Positions 34,511 through 34,551 of a DNA stretch of 34,551 nt are shown piece by piece (position 1 is the first letter of the stretch; each line of letters begins with the position of its first letter). Source of the stretch: an uncultured Prevotellaceae bacterium (GTDB taxonomy: Bacteria; Bacteroidota; Bacteroidia; Bacteroidales; Bacteroidaceae); NCBI GenBank assembly GCA_945788385.1, contig CALZLQ010000001.1, positions 1 to 34,551 on the forward strand, written 5' to 3'. The translations under genes and the position numbers were made by a program. The notes under the pieces are model-generated. The model did not search any database. It was given only the letters and a program-made list of their open reading frames with translations, and had not been told where the DNA came from.

Positions 34511-34551
34511 TACAAAGACTTTGAGATAGTAGTTTTATGACAATCCCCGCA

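Noticed and set aside
1-34551. Screen for CRISPR arrays, tandem repeats, IS inverted repeats, invertible-promoter inverted repeats flanking the intergenic regions, riboswitch-length leaders and rRNA.
   Set aside because: Reading every intergenic region longer than 50 nt, I found no regularly spaced repeats and no terminal inverted repeats enclosing an ORF or a promoter. Apart from the ompA leader, I found no long conserved-looking structured leader. Only the hairpins and short repeats listed above were found. This was visual inspection, not a computed repeat search.

Overview
This 34.5-kb window reads as ordinary core chromosome of a Bacteroidota (Bacteroidales-like) anaerobe. Three observations support that placement. 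Exact TAnnTTTG -7 promoter boxes precede several genes. Most start codons follow A-rich leaders with no Shine-Dalgarno sequence. The gene content is typical: rseC-rnfBCDGEA, a DUF4492-like gene with cydAB, a BspA-type LRR protein, a C69 dipeptidase and an OmpA-family porin. I call 30 protein-coding genes and 2 tRNAs in three strand blocks. The first block (+, 1-3104) holds an S9 peptidase 3' fragment and mutS2. The second (-, 3097-14566) holds murB, a lipoprotein, desulfoferrodoxin, an AlkD-like repair protein, rnfAEGDCB, rseC, a C69 dipeptidase and nadC. The third (+, 14734-34510) holds a lipoprotein thioredoxin, a DUF4492-like gene, cydAB, an LRR protein, a GH20 hexosaminidase, a Clp ATPase, htpG, nadE, a MATE transporter, a phosphohexomutase, rsmG, an MBL hydrolase, galE and ompA. 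Two minus-strand tRNAs (Trp-CCA, Arg-UCU) are embedded in the third block. I see no rRNA, CRISPR array, transposase, integrase, phage gene, toxin-antitoxin pair or defence-island hallmark. I did not find a convincing self-contained novel system; almost every ORF has a clear housekeeping identity. The best leads are modest. (1) A lipobox-anchored thioredoxin and a small DUF4492-like membrane protein appear fused into the cytochrome bd operon. (2) A translationally coupled secreted LRR protein and GH20 hexosaminidase are bracketed by two opposite-strand tRNAs. (3) A two-AAA+ Clp ATPase lacks any middle (M/UVR) domain and sits next to htpG. (4) An uncharacterised lipoprotein appears co-transcribed with murB. 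Smaller points are a 9.5-kb same-strand nadC-to-rnfA array with one recognisable promoter, SD-like motifs confined to dfx and internal rnf genes, and a repeat-bearing control region upstream of ompA. All family assignments rest on motif reading by eye; no searches were run.
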